From: Squalus acanthias
Lineage: Eukaryota
Assembly (NCBI GenBank): GCA_030390025.1
Contig: CM059433.1
Location: 13,022,001-13,086,000 of the forward strand
Length of the DNA stretch: 64,000 nucleotides
Direction: 5' to 3'
Shown: positions 62,285 to 64,000 of the stretch, piece by piece
Layout: each line of letters starts with the position of its first letter
Numbering within the stretch: the stretch's first letter is position 1
Program-made: the position numbers and the translations under genes
The notes under the pieces: model-generated
What the model saw: the letters and a program-made list of their open reading frames with translations, nothing else
Database searches by the model: none
What the model was told of the DNA's origin: nothing

Positions 62285-63222
62285 TGCTCCCGAACTGCTT
62301 TATCAAAAATTACCCCGAGAACATCAGTTCCATCTTTGCACAGGTGTAGACCGTCCCTTTTGTATAGGTCACACCTACCACAAAACTGGTTCCAATGCCT
62401 CAAAAATTTAAAACCCTCCCTCTTACACCACTGCTCAAGCCACGTATTTAGTCTAACTATCCTGTTCTCTGTACTCTTACTAGCACGTGGCACTGGTAGT
62501 AATCCAGAGATTACTACCTTCGAGGTCCTACTTTTTAGCTTGGCTCCTAACTCCCTAAATTCTACTTGTAGGACCTCTTCCCTTTTTTTAGCTACGTCGT
62601 TGGTACCAACATGTATCACGACAACTGGCTGTTCCCCCTCCCCTTCCAGAATGTTCTGCACCCGCGCCGAGACATCCTTGACCCTTGCACCAGGGAGGCA
62701 ACATACCATCCTGGAGTCTCGGTCGCGACCACAGAAACCCCTATCTATTCCCCTTACAATCGAATCCCCTATTACTATAGCCCTGCCACTCTTTTTCCCT
62801 CCCTTCTTTGCAACAGAGCCAGTCATGGTGCCATGAGCCTGGCTGCTGGTGCCTTCCCCCGATGAGTCATCCCCCCCGACAACAGCACCTAAGGCGGTGA
62901 ACCTGTTGCTAAGGGAGACAACCCCAGGGGATTTCTGCACTACCTTCCTGCCCTTGCTCTGCCTTTTGGTCACCCATGTACTATCTACGCTGGCCTTAAC
63001 CTGCGGTGTGACCAACTCACTAAATGTGTTATCCACAACCCTCTCAGAATCGTGGATGCTCCAAAGTGAGTCCATCCGCAGCTCAAGGGCCGTCATGCGG
63101 TCCCACATGAGCTGCAGTTGGACACACTTCCCGCACACATGGTTGTCAGGGACACAGGAAGCGTCCCTGATTTCCCACATGTTACAGGAGGAGCATGACA
63201 CAGGTCCGAGCTCTACTGCCAT
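62275..63222 (-). CDS. CR1 ORF1p (zinc finger / coiled coil plus SGNH esterase domain), intact, 315 aa
   Basis: CSSC...CGKC zinc finger; GDS, HVGTND and DGLH SGNH blocks; ATG start. Confidence 0.93.
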   Translation of the reverse strand: MAVELGPVSCSSCNMWEIRDASCVPDNHVCGKCVQLQLMWDRMTALELRMDSLWSIHDSERVVDNTFSELVTPQVKASVDSTWVTKRQSKGRKVVQKSPGVVSLSNRFTALGAVVGGDDSSGEGTSSQAHGTMTGSVAKKGGKKSGRAIVIGDSIVRGIDRGFCGRDRDSRMVCCLPGARVKDVSARVQNILEGEGEQPVVVIHVGTNDVAKKREEVLQVEFRELGAKLKSRTSKVVISGLLPVPRASKSTENRIVRLNTWLEQWCKREGFKFLRHWNQFCGRCDLYKRDGLHLCKDGTDVLGVIFDKAVREHLN

Positions 63223-63662
63223 GACTTAACCCTTATATTACTTTTTAATTTTCTAGTTTTAGTTTATTTATTGACTTTTGTTTTCCCGAAGCTTACTTAG
63301 ACCAATGTATACTGTACTCCTCTTATTCCTTTTTAAACTAACCAAATCCCACTAGTTTTAGTTTTACTTTCTAGGAAGGTTTGAGGAAAGTACTTACCAG
63401 TTAGTCTTACCTCCCTGGTCTTTCGCTGACTTCCCGGTCTTGTGTCCCCTTGGTCCTACGCCGACTTCCCGCTCCTCCCGGTTCCTGCCCTGCTGAAAAG
63501 AAACTGAGACCAAAAAATTTGTGACCTCTGTTTTTAGACTGCTAAAAGACTAGTAGGTTAGAGGAGGAGGGCGGGTGGGGGTTCCTACTCTGTAGGAACT
63601 CGGGTTTAAGCCACCACCCTCCTTAAATGCCGTTCACCTGGGTGCTTCCCACCTGGTCCGCT

Positions 63663-64000
63663 TCCGGTCTCGTCGCTCCCGACAACAGCCTGTGAAGAAA
63701 AGCCCGCGAAAGTGAGTTCAAATACTCACAGCACCTCACAGCACCTCCGGTCTCGTCGCTCCCGACAACAGCCTGTGAAGAAAAGCCCGCGAAAGTGAGT
63801 TCAAATACTCACAGCACCTCCGGTCTCGTCGCTCCCGACAACAGCCTGTGAAGAAAAGCCCGCGAAAGTGAGTTCAAATACTCACAGCACCTCCGGTCTC
63901 GTCGCTCCCGACAACAGTCTGTGAAGAAAAGCCCGCGAAAGTGAGTTCAAATACTCACAGCACCTCACAGCACCTCCGGTCTCGTCGCTCCCGACAACAG
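63663..64000 (-). repeat. Tandem 73/83-bp monomers at the CR1 5' end (at least 4.3 copies)
   Basis: TCCGGTCTCG recurs at 63663, 63746, 63819, 63892 and 63975. The 83-bp units carry an extra ACAGCACCTC. Confidence 0.95.

Larger units (their letters stand above)
59234..64000 (-). mobile_element. Near-intact, full-length CR1 LINE, antisense to PXDN; 5' end runs off the window
   Basis: (CATAGATA)n tail, ORF2, ORF1, 5' UTR and 5' tandem monomers appear in the expected order. Confidence 0.95.

Noticed and set aside
27816..64000. PXDN exon 2 (expected ~72 nt, DLRFNRI...)
   Set aside because: Not found by eye or in the ORF track. It probably lies beyond the window, but a short exon could have been missed; tblastn would settle this.
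63663..64000. CRISPR-like array
   Set aside because: The units are contiguous, near-identical repeats with no unique spacers, in a vertebrate LINE context.

Overview
Vertebrate genomic DNA. The repeat repertoire (Deu-domain tRNA SINEs, CR1, L2, RTE, Penelope-like elements, Harbinger/hAT MITEs) suggests a cartilaginous fish such as a shark; that assignment is an inference. The only host gene I can support is peroxidasin (PXDN) on the + strand: a GC-rich promoter at about 27.3-27.6 kb and coding exon 1 at 27634-27815 (signal peptide plus LRR N-cap, phase-2 GT donor). I could not find exon 2, so everything downstream is probably intron 1. The rest is a dense, often nested mosaic of transposable elements. 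It includes a decayed two-gene Harbinger whose transposase 5' region runs into a 1-kb 15-mer minisatellite, and a nearly intact antisense CR1 LINE (59.2-64 kb) with one nonsense codon in ORF2. The most notable observations are: (1) a canonical U_UUA_AAC -1 slippery site exactly at the CR1 ORF1/ORF2 junction, where ORF2 has no usable ATG; (2) 73/83-bp monomers carrying splice signals at the CR1 5' end; (3) minimal hammerhead ribozyme motifs in two Penelope-like families; (4) a tRNA-headed, internally deleted LINE chimera inside a three-level nest. Repeat family names come from recognition, not database searches, and element boundaries are approximate unless a TSD or TIR is quoted.
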